Assembly (NCBI GenBank): GCA_045627805.1
Contig: JAZQOJ010000152.1
Span: forward strand, 1-63,379
Source of the DNA: Bacteroidales bacterium
GTDB taxonomy: Bacteria; Bacteroidota; Bacteroidia; Bacteroidales; WCHB1-69
Length of the DNA: 63,379 nucleotides
Reading direction: 5' to 3'
In this document: positions 8,695 to 17,700 of the stretch, piece after piece
Numbering within the stretch: position 1 is the first letter of the stretch
Layout: each line of letters opens with the position of its first letter
Program-made: the position numbers and the translations under genes
The notes under the pieces: generated by a model
Told to the model about the DNA's origin: nothing
Database searches by the model: none
The model's input: only the letters and a program-made list of their open reading frames with translations

Positions 8695-9723
8695 ATGGAA
8701 AAAACAATCATCATAGAACCCCATTTGGCTGTCGGCATTTACGGAAAAAACAACCGCAATATTGATATGCTGCGCAACATATACCCCACGCTGAAACTGA
8801 CTGCGCGAGGCAACGAACTCAAGGTGGCTGGCACCGACGAAGAGGTCGCCCTGTTTGAGTCTCGTTTTGAACTGCTTACCGCCTTTTACGACCATTTTGA
8901 AAAATTGACGGAGACCGACATCCTCAACATCACTTCCAACGAGGACGAGCATTTCTTTTTGCTCGACAAGGAGCGAATGGGCAGCAGCGACGTGATTCTG
9001 CACGGAAGGGAAGGAAAAATCATCAAGGCCATCACGCCAAACCAGAAGAAACTGGTGCAAGCGCTGGAGCGCAACGATATGATTTTCGCCATCGGGCCAG
9101 CTGGCACAGGAAAGACTTATACTTCAGTGGCTCTGGCGGTTAGGGCATTGAAGAACAAGCAAATCAAGCGAATCATCCTAACGCGTCCCGCCGTGGAAGC
9201 AGGCGAAAATCTCGGTTTTCTTCCTGGCGATATGCGTGAAAAACTCGACCCCTACCTTCAACCGCTTTACGATGCCCTGCGCGATATGATGCCAATGGCC
9301 AAGCTCGTGGCCTACCTGGAAGACAAAACCATTGAAATTGCACCGCTGGCCTTTATGCGCGGCCGCACACTCGACAACGCTTACGTCATCCTCGACGAAG
9401 CGCAGAATGCGACCGAAAGCCAGTTGAAGATGTTCCTCACCCGAATGGGAAAAAATGCCAAGTTTTTCATCACGGGCGATGTGACACAGGTTGACCTTCC
9501 GCGCCATCAGCACTCCGGACTGATTCAGGCGGGAAAAATCCTCAAAGGAATCAAGGGAATTGAGTTCATCTACCTCGACAACGCCGACGTGGTGCGCCAT
9601 CATCTGGTTACGAAAATCATACAGCGTTACGAAGAATGGGATGCTCGTCCGCAACGAACGGAAGAAAAAAACAATTCATTGGAAAACAAGGAATTACCGC
9701 TCGAACCAACGCAAGATGCCTAA
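8695..9723 (+). CDS. phoH: PhoH-family ATPase
   Basis: Walker A AIGPAGTGKTYTSVA, then ILTRPAVEAGE.LGFLPGD and ILDEAQN motifs. Confidence 0.85.
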   Translation: MEKTIIIEPHLAVGIYGKNNRNIDMLRNIYPTLKLTARGNELKVAGTDEEVALFESRFELLTAFYDHFEKLTETDILNITSNEDEHFFLLDKERMGSSDVILHGREGKIIKAITPNQKKLVQALERNDMIFAIGPAGTGKTYTSVALAVRALKNKQIKRIILTRPAVEAGENLGFLPGDMREKLDPYLQPLYDALRDMMPMAKLVAYLEDKTIEIAPLAFMRGRTLDNAYVILDEAQNATESQLKMFLTRMGKNAKFFITGDVTQVDLPRHQHSGLIQAGKILKGIKGIEFIYLDNADVVRHHLVTKIIQRYEEWDARPQRTEEKNNSLENKELPLEPTQDA

Positions 9724-11109
9724 CTTCTGTTTTTCCGCTTTCCCGCTGTAAGGATGCTCGCGGAGCGACAGGTTGCCACAGGTTTTTCCTGTCAGCACGG
9801 TTTGCGGATGCGTGAATTCCCGGAAGCCCCATTCACCGTGGTAAGCGCCCATTCCCGAATGTCCGGTTCCATTAAATGGCACGCCTTTCACCATCAAGTG
9901 AATGCACACCTCGTTGATGCAGCCGCCACCGAATTGCTGTGTGCGCATTGTGCGGCGCGCCCAACGCTTGTTTTTCGTAAAAAGGTACATTGCCAACGGA
10001 TGTTCCCGCTGCGCAATAATCGACATAACATTTTCAATATCAGCATCTTTATAAAGAACAATCGGCAATAATGGGCAGAAAAGTTCGTGCTGCACGATGG
10101 GTTCGTTAATGTCAACGGGATAGATAATAGTGGGGGAGTAGCGCCGATTTTCGCGATTGCCGTAGCCCCCGAAAATGATACGCTCGCGATACGCGTCTGC
10201 TTCGTTGGCACACTTGTCGAAAGCGGCCTGCGTAATCAGTTTCGGATAATCGGGATTGTCAATGGGATTTTCACCGATTTGGCGAGTGAATTCTGCTTTT
10301 AACGCATCCATAAATTCATCAGCAACTTCCTCAGCCACAGCAATTTGATTGATATTAATGCAGATTTGTCCGGCATTACAGAGTTTGAAGAATGCGATTT
10401 TGCGTGCCGCGTCTTTCAGGTCGGCATCTTTGCGAACAACGCACCAATTGCCCGTTTCACCGCCTAACTCGAGTGCAACGGGCGTGAGGTTCTTGGCTGC
10501 CTCCGCCAGAACGTGTTGGCCCACGGCGGGCGAGCCAGTATAGAAAATCTTGTCAAAACGTTGCGCCAGACAAAAATCCGCCACATCGTGACCGCCATCA
10601 ATTAGCGTAACATATTCAGGGTCAAAAACTTCAGTAATGAATTTTTTCAAAATCGCGGTACACGCCTTTGACTTGGCGCTGGCCTTGATAACGGCGGTAT
10701 TTCCGCCAGCAATGCTTGCGGCGAGCACGCCTAACGTGAGCAAAATCGGGAAATTGAACGGGCTCATAATCAGCGAAACTCCGTAAGGCATTTTATAAAC
10801 GCGTGTGAAAATGCTGGGAAAACACATCAGTCCGCTGAAATGCAGTTCTGGACGGGCCCACTTTTTCAGTCCCGCAATGGTTTCGTTGATTTCCACAATG
10901 ATGGGCCCGATGTCGCAAAGGTAGGCCTCCACCTTGCTGCGGCCAAGGTCTTCGTTGAGTGCGGCCTCGAACTCGGCTTCGTGTGCAATCACTGCGGTGC
11001 GAAGCTTTTTGAGCTGACGGATTCTCCAACTGACGTCTAAAGTTGCGCCCGATAAGAAAAAGTTGCGTTGTGTCTCAACGATATTTTGGATTTGTTTTTC
11101 GGTAAACAT
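9694..11109 (-). CDS. aldehyde dehydrogenase family protein (class 3-like)
   Basis: ELGG(E/K) and CNAGQIC catalytic-Cys context, about 470 aa. Start set at the Met of MFTEKQIQNIV (11109); the listed 11139 is also possible. Confidence 0.8.
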   Translation of the reverse strand: MFTEKQIQNIVETQRNFFLSGATLDVSWRIRQLKKLRTAVIAHEAEFEAALNEDLGRSKVEAYLCDIGPIIVEINETIAGLKKWARPELHFSGLMCFPSIFTRVYKMPYGVSLIMSPFNFPILLTLGVLAASIAGGNTAVIKASAKSKACTAILKKFITEVFDPEYVTLIDGGHDVADFCLAQRFDKIFYTGSPAVGQHVLAEAAKNLTPVALELGGETGNWCVVRKDADLKDAARKIAFFKLCNAGQICININQIAVAEEVADEFMDALKAEFTRQIGENPIDNPDYPKLITQAAFDKCANEADAYRERIIFGGYGNRENRRYSPTIIYPVDINEPIVQHELFCPLLPIVLYKDADIENVMSIIAQREHPLAMYLFTKNKRWARRTMRTQQFGGGCINEVCIHLMVKGVPFNGTGHSGMGAYHGEWGFREFTHPQTVLTGKTCGNLSLREHPYSGKAEKQKLGILRWFER

Positions 11110-11154
11110 AATGAGGGGGGTGAAAGGTTGTGCAAACAATTTTCAGTTTTGAAG

Positions 11155-11583
11155 TTATGAGCGGCGGCGGCGATGTACGTCGGAGGAATCCCACGATTGG
11201 AAGAGCAGAATATCGTGAATGGTTTTGATGATGCGGATGAAGATTTCCAGCTTGTTGTCAACGAACCACTTGATGGCGGCATCGTCTTTGCGGCAGGCGG
11301 CGGCGAATTTCGACAGGAAATCGCAGTGATAACGTTCCAGCCACGCGATGGCCTCGTCTTCGTCGTCGATGGCGTCGCTGAGTACGCCGAATTCGGGGTA
11401 TCCACTTTCAAAGAGCCACTGTAAAGCATCTGTGTCTGAATGAATTGCGTTAGTCAATGCTGCCAGTTCGGGGAAACCATTGGTCATCAGAAAGTCGGTG
11501 AACTTGTGGTCGCCTTTCAAACTTTCGCCCCACGCGATGATGATTTTAGGTTCGTAATCCAATAAAGAATGCAACTCTGCCAT
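11155..11583 (-). CDS. hypothetical acidic protein with internal repeats
   Basis: 142 aa. A repeated unit G(F/Y)PE..(A/V)L..AI..D..A..WL occurs twice, plus a degenerate third copy. No recognisable family. Confidence 0.5.
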   Translation of the reverse strand: MAELHSLLDYEPKIIIAWGESLKGDHKFTDFLMTNGFPELAALTNAIHSDTDALQWLFESGYPEFGVLSDAIDDEDEAIAWLERYHCDFLSKFAAACRKDDAAIKWFVDNKLEIFIRIIKTIHDILLFQSWDSSDVHRRRRS

Positions 11584-11621
11584 AATGCTGAAATTTGCCG
11601 CAAAGGTACAATTTTTTTGCG

Positions 11622-11629
11622 TATCTTTG
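11622..11629 (+). promoter_or_regulatory. -7 box TAnnTTTG (tatctttg) upstream of hutU
   Basis: Exact motif 22 nt upstream of the ATG at 11651. Confidence 0.55.
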
Positions 11630-11650
11630 CAGCGTTAAAAAACAACAATT

Positions 11651-13654
11651 ATGACTTTACAAGAATTTCAAAAAGACTTAATGCAGGGAATTCCAGCAGA
11701 ATTGCCCACTCCAAAACCTTATGATACCTCCATCAACCACGCTCCCAAGCGTAAAGATATCTTGACTCCTGCCGAAAAGCAATTGGCTTTGCGCAACGCA
11801 TTGCGTTATTTTGATCCGAAATTCCACGCTGTGCTGGCACCCGAATTTGCGGAAGAGTTGCATCGTTACGGCCGCATTTATATGTATCGTTTCCGTCCCG
11901 ACTACGAGATGTATGCGCGCCCCATCGAGCAGTATCCGGCCAAATGCAAGCAGGCCGCTGCCATTATGCTGATGATCCAGAACAACCTGGACCCCGCCGT
12001 GGCGCAGCATCCCCACGAACTGATCACTTACGGCGGCAACGGCGCCGTTTTCCAGAACTGGGCGCAGTACCGCCTCGTGATGAAATATCTTTCGGAAATG
12101 ACCGACGAGCAGACCCTCGTGATGTACTCCGGACATCCGCTGGGGCTCTTCCCCTCGCACAAGGACGCTCCCCGCGTGGTGGTGACCAACGGTATGGTGA
12201 TTCCCAATTATTCAAAACCCGACCATTGGGAAAAATTCAATGCGATGGGTGTCAGCCAGTACGGTCAGATGACTGCTGGCTCGTATATGTACATCGGACC
12301 GCAGGGCATCGTTCACGGCACTACTATTACGGTGCTCAACGCTTCCCGCAAGATTGGTGGCGGCGCTGCTGGAAAACTTTTCATCACTGCCGGTTTGGGT
12401 GGTATGTCGGGTGCTCAGCCCAAGGCAGGCGACATCGCTGGCGTGGTCTCCATTACTGCTGAAATCAATCCGAGCGCAACGCAAAAGCGCTTTACTCAGG
12501 GCTGGGTGGATGAGGTCCACGAAAACCTCGACGAACTGTTTGTGGCAGTCAACAAAGCCCGAGAAGCCAAGGTCGCTCGCTCCTTCGCCTATCAGGGCAA
12601 TATCGTTGACTTGTGGGAATATTGCGCCGCAAACAACATTCAGGTTGACCTCGGCTCCGACCAGACCTCTTTGCACAATCCGTGGGCGGGCGGTTATTAT
12701 CCCGTAGGCCACTCGTTTGAGGAATCCAAGGTGATGATGGCAGAGGAACCCGAAAAGTTCAAGGCAGCTGTACAAGAAAGTTTGCGTCGTCAGGTGGCCG
12801 CCATCAACAAGTTGACTGCCAAGGGAATGTATTTCTTTGATTATGGCAATGCCTTCCTTTTGGAATCCAGCCGTGCGGGTGCCGACGTGATGAAGCCCGA
12901 CGGAACTTTCCGCTATCCTTCTTACGTTCAGGATATTATGGGACCTATGTGTTTCGACTACGGTTTCGGGCCTTTCCGCTGGGTTTGCGCCTCTGGAAAA
13001 CCCGAAGACTTGGCCGTTACCGACGAACTGGCATTGGAAGTGCTCCGCAAGCTGAGTGCCGAAGCACCGGCGGAAATCAAGCAGCAGATGCAAGACAATA
13101 TCACTTGGATTGAAGGCGCCCAAGAAAACCATCTCGTGGTGGGTTCGCAGGCCCGAATCCTGTATGCTGACGAGCAGGGCCGTGTGCAAATCGCATTGGC
13201 CTTCAACAAAGCCATCCGCGAGGGCCGTCTGACGGGTCCCGTCGTACTGGGCCGCGACCATCACGATGTGTCGGGCACTGACAGTCCGTTCCGCGAAACC
13301 TCCAACATTTACGACGGTTCGTCGTTCACCGCTGATATGGCCGTGCAAAATGTGATTGGCGACTCCTTCCGTGGTGCCACTTGGGTGAGCATTCACAATG
13401 GCGGCGGAGTTGGCTGGGGCGAAGTAATGAACGGTGGTTTCGGTATGGTTCTCGATGGCAGTGCCGATGCTGACCGCCGTATCCAGTGTATGCTTTACTG
13501 GGACGTGAACAACGGCATCACCCGCCGTGCGTGGGCTCGCAACGATGGCGCCTTGTTTGCCATCAAGCGCGCGATGTCGCTCAATCCCAACCTGAAAGTT
13601 ACTATCCCTAACTTCGCTGATGACGAAATCATCCGCCAAGCATTTGAAAATTAG
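11651..13654 (+). CDS. hutU: urocanate hydratase
   Basis: 667 aa with GLGGMSGAQP NAD-binding region and overall urocanase-like sequence (ITYGGNG, GPFRWVC). Confidence 0.9.
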   Translation: MTLQEFQKDLMQGIPAELPTPKPYDTSINHAPKRKDILTPAEKQLALRNALRYFDPKFHAVLAPEFAEELHRYGRIYMYRFRPDYEMYARPIEQYPAKCKQAAAIMLMIQNNLDPAVAQHPHELITYGGNGAVFQNWAQYRLVMKYLSEMTDEQTLVMYSGHPLGLFPSHKDAPRVVVTNGMVIPNYSKPDHWEKFNAMGVSQYGQMTAGSYMYIGPQGIVHGTTITVLNASRKIGGGAAGKLFITAGLGGMSGAQPKAGDIAGVVSITAEINPSATQKRFTQGWVDEVHENLDELFVAVNKAREAKVARSFAYQGNIVDLWEYCAANNIQVDLGSDQTSLHNPWAGGYYPVGHSFEESKVMMAEEPEKFKAAVQESLRRQVAAINKLTAKGMYFFDYGNAFLLESSRAGADVMKPDGTFRYPSYVQDIMGPMCFDYGFGPFRWVCASGKPEDLAVTDELALEVLRKLSAEAPAEIKQQMQDNITWIEGAQENHLVVGSQARILYADEQGRVQIALAFNKAIREGRLTGPVVLGRDHHDVSGTDSPFRETSNIYDGSSFTADMAVQNVIGDSFRGATWVSIHNGGGVGWGEVMNGGFGMVLDGSADADRRIQCMLYWDVNNGITRRAWARNDGALFAIKRAMSLNPNLKVTIPNFADDEIIRQAFEN

Positions 13655-13707
13655 TTTACAATCGTTGGGATGTGACATTCTGCATCCCAACATTATTTTT
13701 AACAACA

Positions 13708-14286
13708 ATGAAAATCGCCTTATTTGCCGCTGTCCCTGAAGAGGTTGGTCGGCTGTCTGATAAAACAAACTTTATGGGAATTGGCCGTGAGAACGCCACC
13801 CGCGCCTTGTTGCGTTTTATGGAAAAACATTCCAACGAGGATTTCACCATTTTGAACCTGGGCACAGTGGGCTCGCACAATCACGCGGTGGGCTCGTTGC
13901 TGAGCATTCAGGAAGTGGTTTCCTCGGGCGCAATGTTTTTCGACCATCAGATGACGATGAAGCAGTTGGATTGCCCCACGGCGAAGTCAGTGCAACCCGC
14001 CAAACTTTACTCTTCCGACAGTTTCGTTTCGCCTGTGGTGTACACTGCGGGTTTCCTTGACGAGATGAAGGCGAAGGCCGACTGTTTCGATATGGAGTCG
14101 TCGGCGGTATATTCGGTGGCCGAGGCGTTTCATAAGCCCTTCGTTTCGTTTAAGATTGTGAGCGACAATCTTGATGTGACATTAGAGGTGTGGAAGCAGC
14201 GCGTTCACGAACTTTCGGCGCATTTAGCCGATTTCGCCGAGAAATTGTTTGCAGAAATCCCCGACATCGAATTCATTTGCGATTAG
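13708..14286 (+). CDS. nucleosidase/phosphorylase-family protein (MTA/SAH nucleosidase-like)
   Basis: MKIALFAAVPEE start and a C-terminal DMESSAVY..F..FKIVSD motif typical of Pfs-like nucleosidases. Start moved from 13672 to ATG 13708. Confidence 0.65.
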   Translation: MKIALFAAVPEEVGRLSDKTNFMGIGRENATRALLRFMEKHSNEDFTILNLGTVGSHNHAVGSLLSIQEVVSSGAMFFDHQMTMKQLDCPTAKSVQPAKLYSSDSFVSPVVYTAGFLDEMKAKADCFDMESSAVYSVAEAFHKPFVSFKIVSDNLDVTLEVWKQRVHELSAHLADFAEKLFAEIPDIEFICD

Positions 14287-14320
14287 CCATCGCTTCCATT
14301 GTCTTCATTGATTGAAAAAT

Positions 14321-14354
14321 AAAAAGACGGAATCATTTCCGTCTTTTTATTTTG
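14321..14354 (+). terminator. rho-independent terminator
   Basis: Stem aaaaagacgg / ccgtcttttt followed by T-rich tract. Confidence 0.7.
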
Positions 14355-14365
14355 GAAATATTACT

Positions 14366-14422
14366 TTTCATCTTGTAAATGCCGCAATGATTGGAGCGAG
14401 ATGTTCGCATAATGGGAATTAT
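14366..14422. repeat. 57-nt inverted repeat, left arm (partner 20901-20957)
   Basis: tttcatcttgtaaatgccgcaatgatTggagcgagatgttcgcataatgggaattat equals the reverse complement of 20901-20957 with one mismatch (56/57). Confidence 0.95.
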
Positions 14423-14650
14423 GAGACGTGGAAACGGTTAACGTCGGTTAAACGGTTAATGGGATGAAGGGACGAAGGGCTTAATTGTTGAGAAACGAGA
14501 ACAGAAAGTTGAGAACTGAGGTTTTAGATTTTGTTTGAACAGTGAAATGGATGAAGGCCGCCTGCGGCGGAAACAAGAAATGTGCAGGAAATTTCGAGGA
14601 AATGATCAGGAAAATGCGGATGATTTCCCCCTTATCGAAGCCCTAAAATT
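14409..14650 (+). repeat. MITE-like unit 'D': terminal inverted repeats around a purine-rich brick module (M)
   Basis: The left end is ATAATGGGAATT (14409-14420) and the right end is ATTTCCCCCTTAT (14623-35), followed by cgaagccctaaaatt. The interior is homologous to 20388-20525 in the same orientation. Confidence 0.8.
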
Positions 14651-14666
14651 AAACTTATGAATCCGC

Positions 14667-14703
14667 AATAAAAAATCCCGCGGTGAGATTCACTGCGGGA
14701 TTT
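14667..14703 (-). terminator. rho-independent terminator of the giant surface-protein gene
   Basis: On the minus strand: stem aaatcccgc / gcgggattt followed by TTTTTTATT. A second imperfect palindrome (14715-14754) lies directly after the stop codon. Confidence 0.65.
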
Positions 14704-14757
14704 AACTTTATATAATATTGTAGAAACGTTGCATTGCAACGCCTCTACAATATATTG

Positions 14758-17700
14758 TTATCTCTTCACAACTTTTACAGTCGTGGTAGCATTGTTGTTG
14801 GCGATGCGGATCATATAAACGCCAGGAGCAACGTTGCTGAGGTTGAGTTCAGTGCGTTCGCTCTGGATGGTGGTGTTCATAATCACCTTGCCAAACATAT
14901 CGTAAACGCTGAGGTTTGCACCGATGGCGCTGCATTCAACGTTCACAACATTGTGAGCAGGATTCGGATAAACATTGGCAGCGATTGCGTAATTGTGGAT
15001 GCCAATGGTAGTGTCGGCGAAAGTGAATTCAACGGCTTCGCTCCAATCGGAGGTGTTGTCTTCGTCGCAGATGGCTTGAACCATAACGGTAACAACGGTG
15101 CTGTCTTCCAAACCTTCGAAAGTGTAGGTGTTGCCAGCCACCTCAACGGTGGTGGTATCTTCAGCCACGATGTACATCAGGTTGAAGTTTTCAGCTTCGC
15201 TTTCCCAAGTAGCGATGTTGTTTTCAACGGTTACGTTAGCGGGAACTTCGCAAGGTTCAACTACAGGTTCGGTGGTGAAAGTGAATTCAACGGCTTCGCT
15301 CCAATCGGAGGTGTTGTCTTCGCCGCAGATGGCTTGAACCATAACGGTAACAACGGTGCTGTCTTCCAAACCTTCGAAGGTGTAGGTGTTGCCGGCGACT
15401 TCTACGGTGGTGGTGTCTTCAGCAACAACATACATCAGATTGAAGTTTTCAGCTTCGCTTTCCCAAGTAGCGATGTTGTTTTCAACGGTTACGTTGGCGG
15501 GAACTTCGCAAGGTTCATTCGCAAAAATGTTGATGTCATCCAAATAGACGTTGTTGCCATCCATACCTACGCCTCTGAAAGCGATTCGATAAGCGGAAGT
15601 AGGATTGGGCAGCTGATAAGTAGCCACATCATAATCTTCCATCGGGGTGGTGAAAGAAGCGATCAGATTCCAAGTCGTATCTTCCTCAGTTGTATAGTAA
15701 ACATACAGTTGGTCGCAGGTGCCTTCCCAGTTATTGGTCCAATATGCGAAAGAGAGTTCCGGATTTTGCACCTGTGAAAGATCGAAAACGGGAGAAATCA
15801 GCAATCCCTCATTGTTTTCATAGTAGGGGAATCCTACTGCATAGTCGCCTTCATAAGCTGTCTCATTAAATCCCCAGTTGTGGGTGCCTGCAAGTTGCAT
15901 AACTCCCCAGCAAATAATGTCTTCTTCCCAACCTTCGTGGTAAGGTTGGTCGTAGGTTACAACCACCACGTCGGCACATTCGGTAGCGATTTCTGTTCCT
16001 GCGGTCCAGTATGACTGATCTTCATCGGAGCAGTATGCACGAACGGAAACAGTGTAAACGGTGGCGGCCTCCAAGCCAGTGATAGTAAACGGATGAGCCG
16101 ACACGAGGGTGGTGTCGCCATTGCAAGCAACCTGCCACTGTGTTTCGTCGCCGGCAGGAGTCCAGTCAACTACTGCGCTGTTGGCAGTGGTCAGGGAATC
16201 AACGATTACGACATCAGTGGGTTTGAAACAGGTGGGAGTTTCGCCAACCATCACATCATCCAAAAAGATGTAGGAATCATAATAACTACTACCACAATTG
16301 CTGATGCCCTTGAAGATGAACATTACATTGGTAGCATTGGCCAAAGCCGGAACTGCGATTTCTTCGGTGGTCCAATCGGCAGCGCCTTGCAAACCGGTTG
16401 CAATGGGCGTATAGGTAGAACTGTCGGTGGTGTACATATCTTCAAAGCCCTGAGCTGCAGCAGGATTCTTGTGCGTGAAGGTGATCATAGGATTGTTGAT
16501 GACGGTCAAATCCAGAACGGGAGTCTTCAGCAAGCTGTACTGACCAGAACTGGGATTGTAGGAGTTGAATCTTACGCAATGACCGGTCACGCCAGTGGCA
16601 TAATAATTCCATCTGTAAGAAGCATTAGTAACGGTTCCTTCTGCATTATCCCAACAGGAGGGGATGCCGGAAGTGAGGGTATTGAAATCTTCAGCAAATG
16701 GATTGTTTGCAGTTACAACTACAGTTTCACATTCGGTGGTGAAGGAAGCGGTAGTGCTCCAATATGATTCGTCTTCTTCAGAGCAGATAGCTTTCACTTT
16801 TACAGTGTAGCTGGTAGCTGCATCCAAACCAGTGAGGGTGAAAGGATTGTCATTTGCTTCGTATTCGGTACCGTTTGCATCAATGATCCAAGCGTTTTCG
16901 GTGCCACCGTTGGTCCAAGCGATGTCGGCAGTGTGAGCCGTGATGTTGCTAACGGTAACTCCGGTCGGTTTCGGGCAGGTGGGTGTTTCATCAACGATTA
17001 CATTATCCATATAGGTAGGATTTCCGTACTGTGATTCACCTTGGAAGATGATGTAATTCACGCCCGTAGCGGTGATGGGCAATTCGTAGGTGTACCAACC
17101 CGTACTGGTTTCCGCACCCACGATGTTTGAGTTAACGGTAGAGGCAACGGTGCAGTTGCGGCTGATGAATGCCAATTCGGTGGCATTTGCGTTCACTTCA
17201 GGTTCGCTATTGACGAAAATGCGGATGCCTTCATTGGGGGAAGATGTGCCGGAAGTATTTCTATACACGTCAACGGAAAGGAAGTAACCATTTTCGTAAG
17301 TGAAATCCATTGCGCCTGTTACGAGAGCGTGGACACTACCTGCGCGCGTGTCGCGCAATTGTGCCTGTGCGGTACTGTTGTCTCCATTGGTGGAAGTATA
17401 GCGTGCCCAAGCGCCATCAGGATAGTCAATGCCATAGAAATATCCGCTATTGCCTTCGCTTGTTCTCGATTGCGACCAGCAAATGGGTGGGAATGTAGTG
17501 GCTTCAAAATCTTGAACGTAGGGGAAGGTAGTATTGATTTCACATTCAGTGGTGAAGGAAGCGGTAGCGCTCCAGTCTGATTCTTCTTCTTCAGAGCAGA
17601 TAGCTTTCACTTTTACAGTGTAGATGGTAGCTGCATCCAAACCAGAGAGGGTGAAAGGATTGTCATTTGCTTCGTATTCGGTACCGTTTGCATCAATGAT

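Noticed and set aside
12212-13768. 518-aa ORF antisense to hutU, plus similar long antisense ORFs at 5054-6229, 53062-54669, 56206-57087, 48993-49955 and 35532-36440
   Set aside because: Each overlaps a sense-strand gene with unmistakable family motifs (urocanase, YidC, LepB, OMP, ProRS, carbamate kinase). The antisense products are His/Arg/Val-rich with no motifs.
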